Shown here one piece after another: positions 27,394-35,004 of a stretch of DNA of 53,583 nucleotides. The position numbers and the translations under genes are program-made. Source of the DNA: a virus. Lineage: Duplodnaviria; Caudoviricetes. The notes under the pieces were generated by a model, which ran no database searches, was not told the DNA's origin, and saw only the letters and a list, made by a program, of their open reading frames with translations. The DNA is taken from IMG/VR virus record IMGVR_UViG_3300011335_000440, positions 1 through 53,583 of that record; one strand, given 5' to 3'. Numbering within the stretch: the stretch's first letter is position 1; each line of letters opens with the position of its first letter.

Positions 27394-27587
27394 GCTATCT
27401 CTCCTTTAAGTTCATCTACTCGGCGGGTCAGTCGTTTGATGCGGGCATCGTTGTACTCAATCATGTTGGCGGCGTACTCACACGCTGACTCAGCCTCCAG
27501 CTTGGCTCGCTGTGCCTGCACCAGTTCCCGTGCAGCCAGCTCAAGCGGAGATGGCGTAGCCAGTAGGCGTTTAATCGTGGTGATCAT
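27390..27587 (-). CDS. hypothetical coiled-coil protein
   Basis: ATG 27587 with GGAG RBS; PSPLELAAREL motif. Confidence 0.55.
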   Translation of the reverse strand: MITTIKRLLATPSPLELAARELVQAQRAKLEAESACEYAANMIEYNDARIKRLTRRVDELKGEIA

Positions 27588-27763
27588 GCTTGCTCCGTAA
27601 TTGCTGCGGCCAACTTGGCCTTGTTTTGCTCGTAGATGGTGTTGAAAATAATTAGTGCACCCGCTCTGTTGATAGTGCCGTCTGCAATCCTTGTGATGAT
27701 TGCGGCCAAGCACGCGGGCGGCATAAGGGCGCTCATAACTTGCCACCTTTGGTCTTCGGTCAT
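27584..27763 (-). CDS. hypothetical protein, 59 aa
   Basis: Read manually; ATGA overlaps at both ends. Confidence 0.45.
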   Translation of the reverse strand: MTEDQRWQVMSALMPPACLAAIITRIADGTINRAGALIIFNTIYEQNKAKLAAAITEQA

Positions 27764-27942
27764 GCTTGCTCCTCCTCAAGCGGCACATCGCGCCATTCGC
27801 CATTTACTCTTGGCTCACCCGTGTCATCGCCAAAATCGTATGGGTTATCCCACCATTGCTGGAGTACGCGAATTGTTTTTGGCGTAACAACAAAAATAAA
27901 TACCTCGCGCTCAACAAAGCGCAGCTTGGATGTCGGAATCAT
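27760..27942 (-). CDS. hypothetical protein
   Basis: LRFVER...VLQQWW...GEWRDVP motif; AGGAG RBS. Confidence 0.55.
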   Translation of the reverse strand: MIPTSKLRFVEREVFIFVVTPKTIRVLQQWWDNPYDFGDDTGEPRVNGEWRDVPLEEEQA

Positions 27943-28085
27943 TTGCACTCCTTGGTGAAGATTGCCAGCGCGTTGCCGCAGGCTGGTTGATACGTGGTGT
28001 AGCCGAGATACACGCCAACAACAACGATGGTGGACACTAGGCCTAGCAAGGCCAGTGCATGTCTGATGAGTTCTAGTGCTTTCAT
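27939..28085 (-). CDS. small single-TM protein
   Basis: Read manually (MKALELIRHALALLGLV...); ATGA overlaps. Confidence 0.45.
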   Translation of the reverse strand: MKALELIRHALALLGLVSTIVVVGVYLGYTTYQPACGNALAIFTKECK

Positions 28086-28168
28086 GCGAACCACCATTTT
28101 TCAAGGACAAACACGAGGGCGCCAAGGATGGCGCCGGCGAGCACTGCGTCAAGGATTTGCTGTTTCAT
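28082..28168 (-). CDS. 28-aa hydrophobic peptide
   Basis: Read manually (MKQQILDAVLAGAILGALVFVLEKWWFA); ATGA overlaps at both ends. Confidence 0.4.
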   Translation of the reverse strand: MKQQILDAVLAGAILGALVFVLEKWWFA

Positions 28169-28323
28169 TGGTAGAAAGCCTCGTCTTCGCAGTAGGCTTC
28201 GCGCACCTCAAAGTCGCACTCTTCAAGCGCGATGCCGATGGCGTGGTCGGGGTCATTGGCCATGACTGTCATGGCGTGACGGAAGTGCTTTTCGCTGAGT
28301 AAGTAGACTGTGTATGCGGTCAT
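28165..28323 (-). CDS. hypothetical acidic protein, 52 aa
   Basis: Read manually; GAGG RBS; ATGA overlap. Confidence 0.45.
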   Translation of the reverse strand: MTAYTVYLLSEKHFRHAMTVMANDPDHAIGIALEECDFEVREAYCEDEAFYQ

Positions 28324-28520
28324 GCTGCCACCTCATAAGCTTGTGTGATTGCGGTCAGGGCTTCGATCATCTGCTGAGCTTCAGCTTTGCTGAATGATGC
28401 GTAGCAGCTGCCACCGGGACGGTTGAGGGAGATCCACACGCCGTCTTCGTGGTCGGTGATGAAGACGTGGGGGGAATCAAGGTCCTTGCCTTTGATGTAA
28501 AACTCTAGATTGTCGTTCAT
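28320..28520 (-). CDS. hypothetical protein
   Basis: TTGAAAGG leader motif before ATG. Confidence 0.55.
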   Translation of the reverse strand: MNDNLEFYIKGKDLDSPHVFITDHEDGVWISLNRPGGSCYASFSKAEAQQMIEALTAITQAYEVAA

Positions 28521-28574
28521 GATAAATACCTTTCAATAGTCAGTTGGTGTGGATGGCCACGAGTAAATTGTACA

Positions 28575-28871
28575 TCAGTCCAGATGCTCGACGTGATTGC
28601 AGTAGCCGCAAGTGATGTACTCGGGGCCGTCATCCTCGCTGTTGCGAATCTCGCAATCATCAAAGCCGCACTTGGAGCAAAGGATGCCGTTGGGGTTGGC
28701 CCAGTTGCCGCTGAGGGGGCCGAGCTCGGACTGCACTTTCTTGACTGCATGCGCCAAGATGCCAATGGCGTGGTCGGACATCTTGGCCAGAATCGTTTCG
28801 AGCTGGTCATGGCTGACGCTGCTCAGCATCTTGGCAGTCTTGGCTAGGTCATCATCAGTGTAGTGAATCAT
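28575..28871 (-). CDS. protein with C-terminal zinc ribbon
   Basis: CSKCG...CGYC; GAAAGG RBS before ATG 28871. Confidence 0.6.
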   Translation of the reverse strand: MIHYTDDDLAKTAKMLSSVSHDQLETILAKMSDHAIGILAHAVKKVQSELGPLSGNWANPNGILCSKCGFDDCEIRNSEDDGPEYITCGYCNHVEHLD

Positions 28872-28908
28872 TTTGTATGCCTTTCTGGGGCCGAAGCCCC
28901 GTGGTTGA

Positions 28909-29247
28909 TTATTTGTTGGGAGTGACGCGGATGTCTGCACGGCCTGCTTTGCGGTAGGTCTTGAGAATCTCTTCGGTGATGCCGTAGGCTACGCACAGCT
29001 TGGCGTAATCAACAGTGCCAGCCACAGGAACCAATTGCACGGTAACGCTGTGCATTTCGCCTTGGAACGGGATTGCAACGCCAGCGGCGTCTTTGGCAGA
29101 CTCGCCGTACTTGTTGGCAATGGCGTCTTTCAAAGCTTTAACTTGCAAGGCCAGCGCCTTGGCTTGTTGGTCGAGCACATACAGTGCGTCAATGTCGCTG
29201 GTCAGGGATGCAACAACTGCGGAGATTTCAGTTTGAGAAACTTTCAT
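28909..29247 (-). CDS. hypothetical protein, first gene of leftward arm
   Basis: TTGAAAGG leader motif; follows predicted promoter. Confidence 0.6.
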   Translation of the reverse strand: MKVSQTEISAVVASLTSDIDALYVLDQQAKALALQVKALKDAIANKYGESAKDAAGVAIPFQGEMHSVTVQLVPVAGTVDYAKLCVAYGITEEILKTYRKAGRADIRVTPNK

Positions 29248-29301
29248 TTTGTATGCCTTTCAATGGTCAATCTAACATCACAGCAACGTTGCTGTAAGGG
29301 C

Positions 29302-29331
29302 ATTGTACATCTGCTTAAGCAGTCTTTGCAA
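29302..29331 (-). promoter_or_regulatory. leftward sigma70-type promoter TTGCAA-N18-TACAAT
   Basis: Read on minus strand in the divergent intergenic region. Confidence 0.5.
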
Positions 29332-29388
29332 CTTTTTTGCAAAAAATTTTTGTAATATGCAAAAAGCCTTTAGAATCAACAACTTAGA

Positions 29389-29397
29389 TGGTATAAT
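29389..29397 (+). promoter_or_regulatory. rightward extended -10 promoter TGGTATAAT
   Basis: Perfect TGnTATAAT upstream of the rightward arm. Confidence 0.55.
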
Positions 29398-29514
29398 GGT
29401 GCCTCAGCCCCATCATCTGCCCCACCAGGGCACAAAAGTGATGTATAGTTGCTCGGTGGTGCCTGTTGGGGCCCACTTCCATCAACTCTTTTTGACTATT
29501 GAAAGGTACCTACC

Positions 29515-29700
29515 ATGATTCCCCCAGCTATCTCTGTACTGTTTACGCTTACAGTACCGCTAGACATCAGTGATGATCTGCATACCCCTGAAATCTTTGA
29601 GACGGCAGACACGTTCTTACAGCTGCTCAGCACAATTGCGCCTTACACGCCGCTGCCAACAGCAGAGGAACTGACAGAATACTACTTGAACCGCTTATAA
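29515..29700 (+). CDS. hypothetical acidic protein
   Basis: TTGACTATTGAAAGG leader motif before ATG. Confidence 0.55.
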   Translation: MIPPAISVLFTLTVPLDISDDLHTPEIFETADTFLQLLSTIAPYTPLPTAEELTEYYLNRL

Positions 29701-29740
29701 AAAAATGAGGCCCCTAGATCTAGACAATCTAGGGGCCTTT
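29698..29740. terminator. 12-bp hairpin, possible bidirectional intrinsic terminator
   Basis: AGGCCCCTAGAT (29708-29719) / ATCTAGGGGCCT (29727-29738); A-run on left, TTT on right. Confidence 0.5.
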
Positions 29741-29759
29741 GTCATTACGAAGGACGACT

Positions 29760-31889
29760 ATGCAACAACAGACTGCGCCAAGTGGTTTTGGCGCAAGTGT
29801 ACTAACACCACAGCAATTATACACCGGCTACCTTGAAGATAGACAATTCGATGACACAGACATAGCAGCTCTGGGCCTTGAGTTTCTCGATCGAGACGCC
29901 ACACGGAAACTGATCGGCCACACCAGTGAGCTGAGCATACGCATCCCGTACTGGGACCTTGACGGTCAGCTGACCGACTTCAACCGCGTTAGGCTCTTGG
30001 TGCCTCGCGGCAAAATGAAGTACTCACAGGCTCGAGCCAGTGGCAGCCATATCTACTTCACGCCGCAGACAAACTGGCGCCGCGTGGCCATGGACGTTGA
30101 CATCCCCATCATCATCACGGAGGGGGAATTCAAGGCCTGGGCCATCAACAAAACGATCCTCAAAGACAGTCTGCTTTACGCCTGCCTCGGACTGGCCGGT
30201 GTTACAAGCTGGACTGACAAGCAAGGTTTACACCTGCACAAGGACCTGATGCAGATTATGTGGAGGAAAAAGACTAGCTTCGAGTCCAAGAGCCGGCAGG
30301 TCTTCATCATCTTCGATTATGACGGCGCCAAGCCGGATGGCGAGCCCAATGAGCAGGTGGCCCTTGCCGAGACTAAGCTAGCAATCACACTGCGGGGCCT
30401 AGGCGCCGAGGTCCATCTTTGCCGTGTGGGCAAGTTCGGATACGGCGAGGGCAAGAAATACGCCATTGACGATCACCTCATGGCGGGCAAGACTCTAACT
30501 GAGGTCCTCACCACGACCAGCATTGTGATGAACGGCCTCGACACTCTCGATGTCAAGCTGCATGAGTTCTCAACGCGCTACGCCATGCTGAATGGCGATG
30601 TGATCCGACTCAGTGATGGCTATATTATGGGCTTCCAAAAAGCCAAGATAGACTCGGCGCAGTACATCTTCATCCAAACCAGCATGTCCCCTGGCCGCAA
30701 TGGCGGACCGCCTAAGGTGGTCAGCAAGGAAATCCCTATGCTTGAGGAATATAAGAAGTGGCACAAGAGGTGCGACATCCGCAAGGTAGGGGTGTATCCA
30801 CACTATCAGGGAATCCGTGTCACTCCGGATGGCTGTTATAACTATCTCAACTCATGGGCCTATGAGCCCGCAGAAGGCGAGGTCAAGATCTACACGGACT
30901 TTTGCGATTACTTCTTTCGTGATGAGCCTGAATTCGCTGAGTACTGGCATGACTGGGTTGCCAACATCGTGCAGTACCCACACAGACGCAACAACACCAC
31001 ACCGCAGTTTGTATCTAGCACTGAGGGCATCGGCAAATCAGCCGTGGCTGAGTTCATAGCTGAGATGCTAGGCATTGGTGAGGGATCACCGGCAATCATC
31101 GTGGGGCCTGATGAGCTCTTCGGCTCGTTCAATGGGATACTGAAGAACAAGATCTTCGTGGTGGTGAATGAGCCCTCATCGGATAGGGAGGATCACTCCG
31201 CCAAGCTGAAGAACTTCATCACGTCCAAGGAAATAACTATAAATAATAAGTATGGCCAGCAATATTCCATAGAGAACTATATGAACTTCGTCTTCACGAC
31301 CAACAGGCCGTACGTCACCACGATGGGAAACAACGCACGACGCGAGGCGATCTACAAGCCGGAGACGCTGACCAATGCTGAGACTCGGCCCATGGTGACG
31401 GCGCTCATGCGCTGGGCAAGGGCTGGCGGGTTTGGACAGGTGCTCAATTGGTATTACCTTAGGGACATTGCTCACTTTGACCCGTTCCAAGCTGCTCCGG
31501 AGACGAAGCGCAAGGCTCAGGTGGTGAAGATGAGCCAATCACCGACGCAGCAGTTCGTCAACGAGCTCCTTGAGTGGATGAAGATCCACATTGGGGACAT
31601 GGCGTTCTTCACCAACCAGCAGCTGCAGATACTCTATAGGACGTGGCAGGGGGAGGAAAAGATGCCACACACTAAGTATGTTAAGGCAGCGCTATCAAGC
31701 ATTACGCCAGGAGATGACGCCATTGTGTTCATGAAAAAGGATGATCAGGATACTGGGAAAAACGTCACCGTGAGGGGCTGGTTCATTGGTAATACTCGGG
31801 ACTGGGAGAGTTGTAATAAAAGACAAATCGCCAAAAAGACAGCTGACGCAATTGCAAAAGAAGTGCAAAGTAGCACTGACTCGTTCTAA
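29760..31889 (+). CDS. primase-helicase (Toprim-like N-domain plus SF3-like NTPase)
   Basis: IITEGEFKA, GLAGV..W, IIFDYD, AIDD; STEGIGKS Walker A, VVVNE Walker B, FTTN; AAGGA RBS before ATG 29760. Confidence 0.85.
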   Translation: MQQQTAPSGFGASVLTPQQLYTGYLEDRQFDDTDIAALGLEFLDRDATRKLIGHTSELSIRIPYWDLDGQLTDFNRVRLLVPRGKMKYSQARASGSHIYFTPQTNWRRVAMDVDIPIIITEGEFKAWAINKTILKDSLLYACLGLAGVTSWTDKQGLHLHKDLMQIMWRKKTSFESKSRQVFIIFDYDGAKPDGEPNEQVALAETKLAITLRGLGAEVHLCRVGKFGYGEGKKYAIDDHLMAGKTLTEVLTTTSIVMNGLDTLDVKLHEFSTRYAMLNGDVIRLSDGYIMGFQKAKIDSAQYIFIQTSMSPGRNGGPPKVVSKEIPMLEEYKKWHKRCDIRKVGVYPHYQGIRVTPDGCYNYLNSWAYEPAEGEVKIYTDFCDYFFRDEPEFAEYWHDWVANIVQYPHRRNNTTPQFVSSTEGIGKSAVAEFIAEMLGIGEGSPAIIVGPDELFGSFNGILKNKIFVVVNEPSSDREDHSAKLKNFITSKEITINNKYGQQYSIENYMNFVFTTNRPYVTTMGNNARREAIYKPETLTNAETRPMVTALMRWARAGGFGQVLNWYYLRDIAHFDPFQAAPETKRKAQVVKMSQSPTQQFVNELLEWMKIHIGDMAFFTNQQLQILYRTWQGEEKMPHTKYVKAALSSITPGDDAIVFMKKDDQDTGKNVTVRGWFIGNTRDWESCNKRQIAKKTADAIAKEVQSSTDSF

Positions 31890-32060
31890 ATTACAAAACT
31901 TATTACTCAAAAATTACATGAAAAAATGCTCTAAGTTGTTGTTACGATTCTCTAATTACAATATTACATATATTACTATCTATAAATCTAAATATATTTA
32001 TATATATATATACACTATCCTATATAGTTTTCGCGATGTTTGTAATCTTTTTTGTAATCC
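31888..32060. other. putative replication origin (AT-rich with short iterons)
   Basis: 6 ATTAC + 1 GTTAC, a (TA)n run, then 2 inverted GTAAT; directly after primase-helicase. Confidence 0.55.
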
Positions 32061-32117
32061 GCCAGAACTGCATAAAAGAGTGTACTCTGGCTCCACCGAG
32101 TGTGTATAATGACTCAT

Positions 32118-32576
32118 ATGACTGACACTACAAAGCCTGTGCGTGGTCGCCCCACGACTTATGATCCCGCCCTTTGCGACAAGATCGAAGGCATGGGCAA
32201 GCTGGGCCTTTCACGTTGGCAAATCGCTTCACGCCTTGAGATTGCGCCCAACAATCTCCGTAACTGGGAAGGCGCACACGAGAATTTTCGAGCAGCCTTA
32301 GAAATAGCGCGTTTAGATGCGCTTGATTACTGGGAGTCTCTTGCCCAGAATCACATGATTGAAAACCCCGGTGGGCCGAAGCTGAACACAGGTCTTTGGT
32401 CCCGATCCATGGCTGCAAGGTTCCCCGCTGAATACCGCGAAAACTCCAAAGTCGAAGTCACAGGCAAGAATGACGGAGCCATCGAGGTCGACGTCGTACA
32501 TGACTTTGCGCAATCACTCGTTACTGATCTCCTAGCTGCAAGGCAAGCCGATGCTGAAGCCGGCGATAGCAAATAG
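32118..32576 (+). CDS. terS: terminase small subunit
   Basis: GRPTTYDPALC, W...H..F..A, EVTGKNDGAIE motifs; overlaps terL; start could be 32109. Confidence 0.8.
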   Translation: MTDTTKPVRGRPTTYDPALCDKIEGMGKLGLSRWQIASRLEIAPNNLRNWEGAHENFRAALEIARLDALDYWESLAQNHMIENPGGPKLNTGLWSRSMAARFPAEYRENSKVEVTGKNDGAIEVDVVHDFAQSLVTDLLAARQADAEAGDSK

Positions 32577-33978
32577 ACTAGCGCAAAAGATCAAGTCGGG
32601 GCCGAACCTCAATGCTGCTTCGCCAGAGTGGCAAGGCGCACTTAAAGCCCGCATCAAATGGTTATCCATTGCCAACAACCATCAAATCACACCGAGTGGT
32701 GACTGGTGGTCGATCTGGTTGCTCCTAGCAGGGCGCGGTGCAGGCAAGACACGGTGCGCTGCTGAGTGGCTGTGGTGGGAAGGATGGTCGCACCCCAATA
32801 CGCGTTGGCTCGTATCAGCTCCCACATCCGGCGACGTCCGTGACGTGTGCTTTGAAGGCGACTCAGGACTTCTGTCCGTCATCCCAGAGATACTGATCTC
32901 CGACTACATCAAGTCGCTGCATGAGATCAAGCTCAAGAACGGCACGATCATCAAAGGAATTGCTGCGTCTGAGCCCTCCCGCTTCCGCGGCCCACAGTTC
33001 CATGGCGGCTGGCTTGATGAGCTCGCAGCCTGGGACTACCTTGATGATGCATGGGACATGCTGCAATTCGGCATGCGCCTGGGCCAGCACCCCAAGATCA
33101 TTGCCACCACAACGCCTAAGCCCAAGCCCCTGATCGTGGATCTGGTCAATCGTGATGGGGATGATGTATGCTACACCACAGCGTCCACGTACGACAACAT
33201 CAAGAACCTAGCCCCCACATTCCAGAAGCAGATCCTGCAGTATGAAGGCACGACCCTTGGCCGCCAAGAGATTTACGCCGAGATCATCGACCCAGAAGAG
33301 GCGGGCATCATCAAGCGCAACTGGTTCAAGCTGTGGCCACACGACAAGCCCTTGCCCAGGTTTCAGTATGTTGTGCAGTCCTATGACTGCGCCACGTCAG
33401 ACAAGACTAAAAACGACCCCACCGCATGCGTCGTCTTCGGCGTCTTCAAGCCTAATGACGACAAGCCTATGTCGGCAATGGTCATCGACTGCTGGGAGGA
33501 GCACCTGCAATACCCAGACCTGAGACCTAAGGTCATTGAGGAAGCGTCCAGCATTTACGGCGATGACAATGAGTTCGGCTCAGGTAAGAAGGTCGACATG
33601 ATACTGATCGAGGACAAGTCGGCAGGCATCTCCCTTGTGCAAGACCTGCAGCGCGGTGGCCTACCTGTAAGGAGCTACAACCCGGGCTCTGCCGACAAGA
33701 TGATGAGGCTCAATCTGGTGGCGCCTATCATCCAACGTGGCCGCATTTACATCCCCGAGTCGACCACGGTACCGGGTGCACCAAGGTCATGGGTCGAGCC
33801 ACTGCTTAACCAGCTCTGCGCTTTCCCCGAAGTCAGGCACGACGACCTCGTGGATGCGACATCACAGGCTTTGCGTCTTTTGCGAGATCTCGGATTCTTG
33901 AACATTGATCCGGTATACAATGCCGATGACTCATACGACGAGGACCGCCGGCCGCGGATCAACCCATATGCCCTCTGA
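32551..33978 (+). CDS. terL: terminase large subunit
   Basis: AGRGAGKTR Walker A, WLDELA Walker B, TTTP, SYDCA, IEDKSAG, HDDLVDA. Confidence 0.95.
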   Translation: MLKPAIANRLAQKIKSGPNLNAASPEWQGALKARIKWLSIANNHQITPSGDWWSIWLLLAGRGAGKTRCAAEWLWWEGWSHPNTRWLVSAPTSGDVRDVCFEGDSGLLSVIPEILISDYIKSLHEIKLKNGTIIKGIAASEPSRFRGPQFHGGWLDELAAWDYLDDAWDMLQFGMRLGQHPKIIATTTPKPKPLIVDLVNRDGDDVCYTTASTYDNIKNLAPTFQKQILQYEGTTLGRQEIYAEIIDPEEAGIIKRNWFKLWPHDKPLPRFQYVVQSYDCATSDKTKNDPTACVVFGVFKPNDDKPMSAMVIDCWEEHLQYPDLRPKVIEEASSIYGDDNEFGSGKKVDMILIEDKSAGISLVQDLQRGGLPVRSYNPGSADKMMRLNLVAPIIQRGRIYIPESTTVPGAPRSWVEPLLNQLCAFPEVRHDDLVDATSQALRLLRDLGFLNIDPVYNADDSYDEDRRPRINPYAL

Positions 33979-34999
33979 GAACGACTTTGCACGTATTAGA
34001 GCTGAGATGCTCATGCAGCAAGCCGAGTCACCGTCGTATGACGATGGCGCCAGTCTCCTGATGCGAGACCCCGCCATGATGGAGGTTGGCCTCTTCGGCC
34101 GTCGGCCGCCTAAGCCCATGGAGCCGCCTGTCAATCTATCAAGGCGTGGCATCATCGGACTTGGGCAAGCAGCACCTGAGAACCTACCTGCTGTGCGGTC
34201 ATCTGACATCCCACTGCCACCCTCATCCACGCTGCCTGCGCCGCTGTCTACACCCGGTGCAACGCAACCTGCACGTCCGCCCATACAGCAACCCACGCCG
34301 CCTCATACCCCTACGCCTTTAGAGGCCTTGGCACAGAAGGCGATCAATGCGCCTATGTCACGTCGTGAGGTGCTACAACGTGCCGGGCAGGCAGCTGTTA
34401 ATCAGATGCTGCCTACGCCTAAGATCGCAGATGTCGTGCCTGAGATTGCTGCGCCTTTGGCGCCATTGTCGCCATTGATGCAAGCAGCCAAGGCGGCCGA
34501 GGCTGTGCAGTCGGCATTCACGCCTAACGCACTGATTGATGCGTATCTTGGTAAGTACGCTGTTGAGAGAGCAGAGGGGGCGTACGCAAATGCGCCGGCT
34601 GAAACTGCGCAAGGCATGTGGATTTTGTCGCGCAAGTATTTGAAAGACCGCTTACCGCCTGAAGACGTGCAAAAACTCGATAGAATTGCAGAAACGCCTG
34701 ATGGCGAGTACACGCAAGGTAGTTCAGAAGACATATCTGAAAAGCGAGCAGACATGTTGTATGAAAAGATGTTGAAGCATCTGAAAACGCTTAAGCCGCA
34801 TGAGCAACTTGACGTGGTCGAGAACATGTACCAAATGAATGGCGACCCTGCTGAGACGGCTGAGGACGTGGGCGTGTTCCTTCAGCAAGGCCCTTGGTCG
34901 ACAGGCGGCAAAAAGTATAAGAAGCCGGACATTAAGCAAGACGAACTTGAAAAGTATCTTTCTGACATGTACGACAACGCGTACCCAAGCAAAGAGTAA
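33968..34999 (+). CDS. hypothetical protein (Pro-rich N-half, two SRR motifs)
   Basis: ATG 33968 overlapping the terL end. Confidence 0.55.
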   Translation: MPSENDFARIRAEMLMQQAESPSYDDGASLLMRDPAMMEVGLFGRRPPKPMEPPVNLSRRGIIGLGQAAPENLPAVRSSDIPLPPSSTLPAPLSTPGATQPARPPIQQPTPPHTPTPLEALAQKAINAPMSRREVLQRAGQAAVNQMLPTPKIADVVPEIAAPLAPLSPLMQAAKAAEAVQSAFTPNALIDAYLGKYAVERAEGAYANAPAETAQGMWILSRKYLKDRLPPEDVQKLDRIAETPDGEYTQGSSEDISEKRADMLYEKMLKHLKTLKPHEQLDVVENMYQMNGDPAETAEDVGVFLQQGPWSTGGKKYKKPDIKQDELEKYLSDMYDNAYPSKE

Positions 35000-35004
35000 C
35001 AGAC

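Noticed and set aside
24535-29700. Lysogeny module near the divergent promoters
   Set aside because: No integrase, CI-like repressor or partition motifs recognised
31786-32109. 107-aa ORF across the AT-rich tract
   Set aside because: Low-complexity YIYI translation, overlaps the primase end, no RBS
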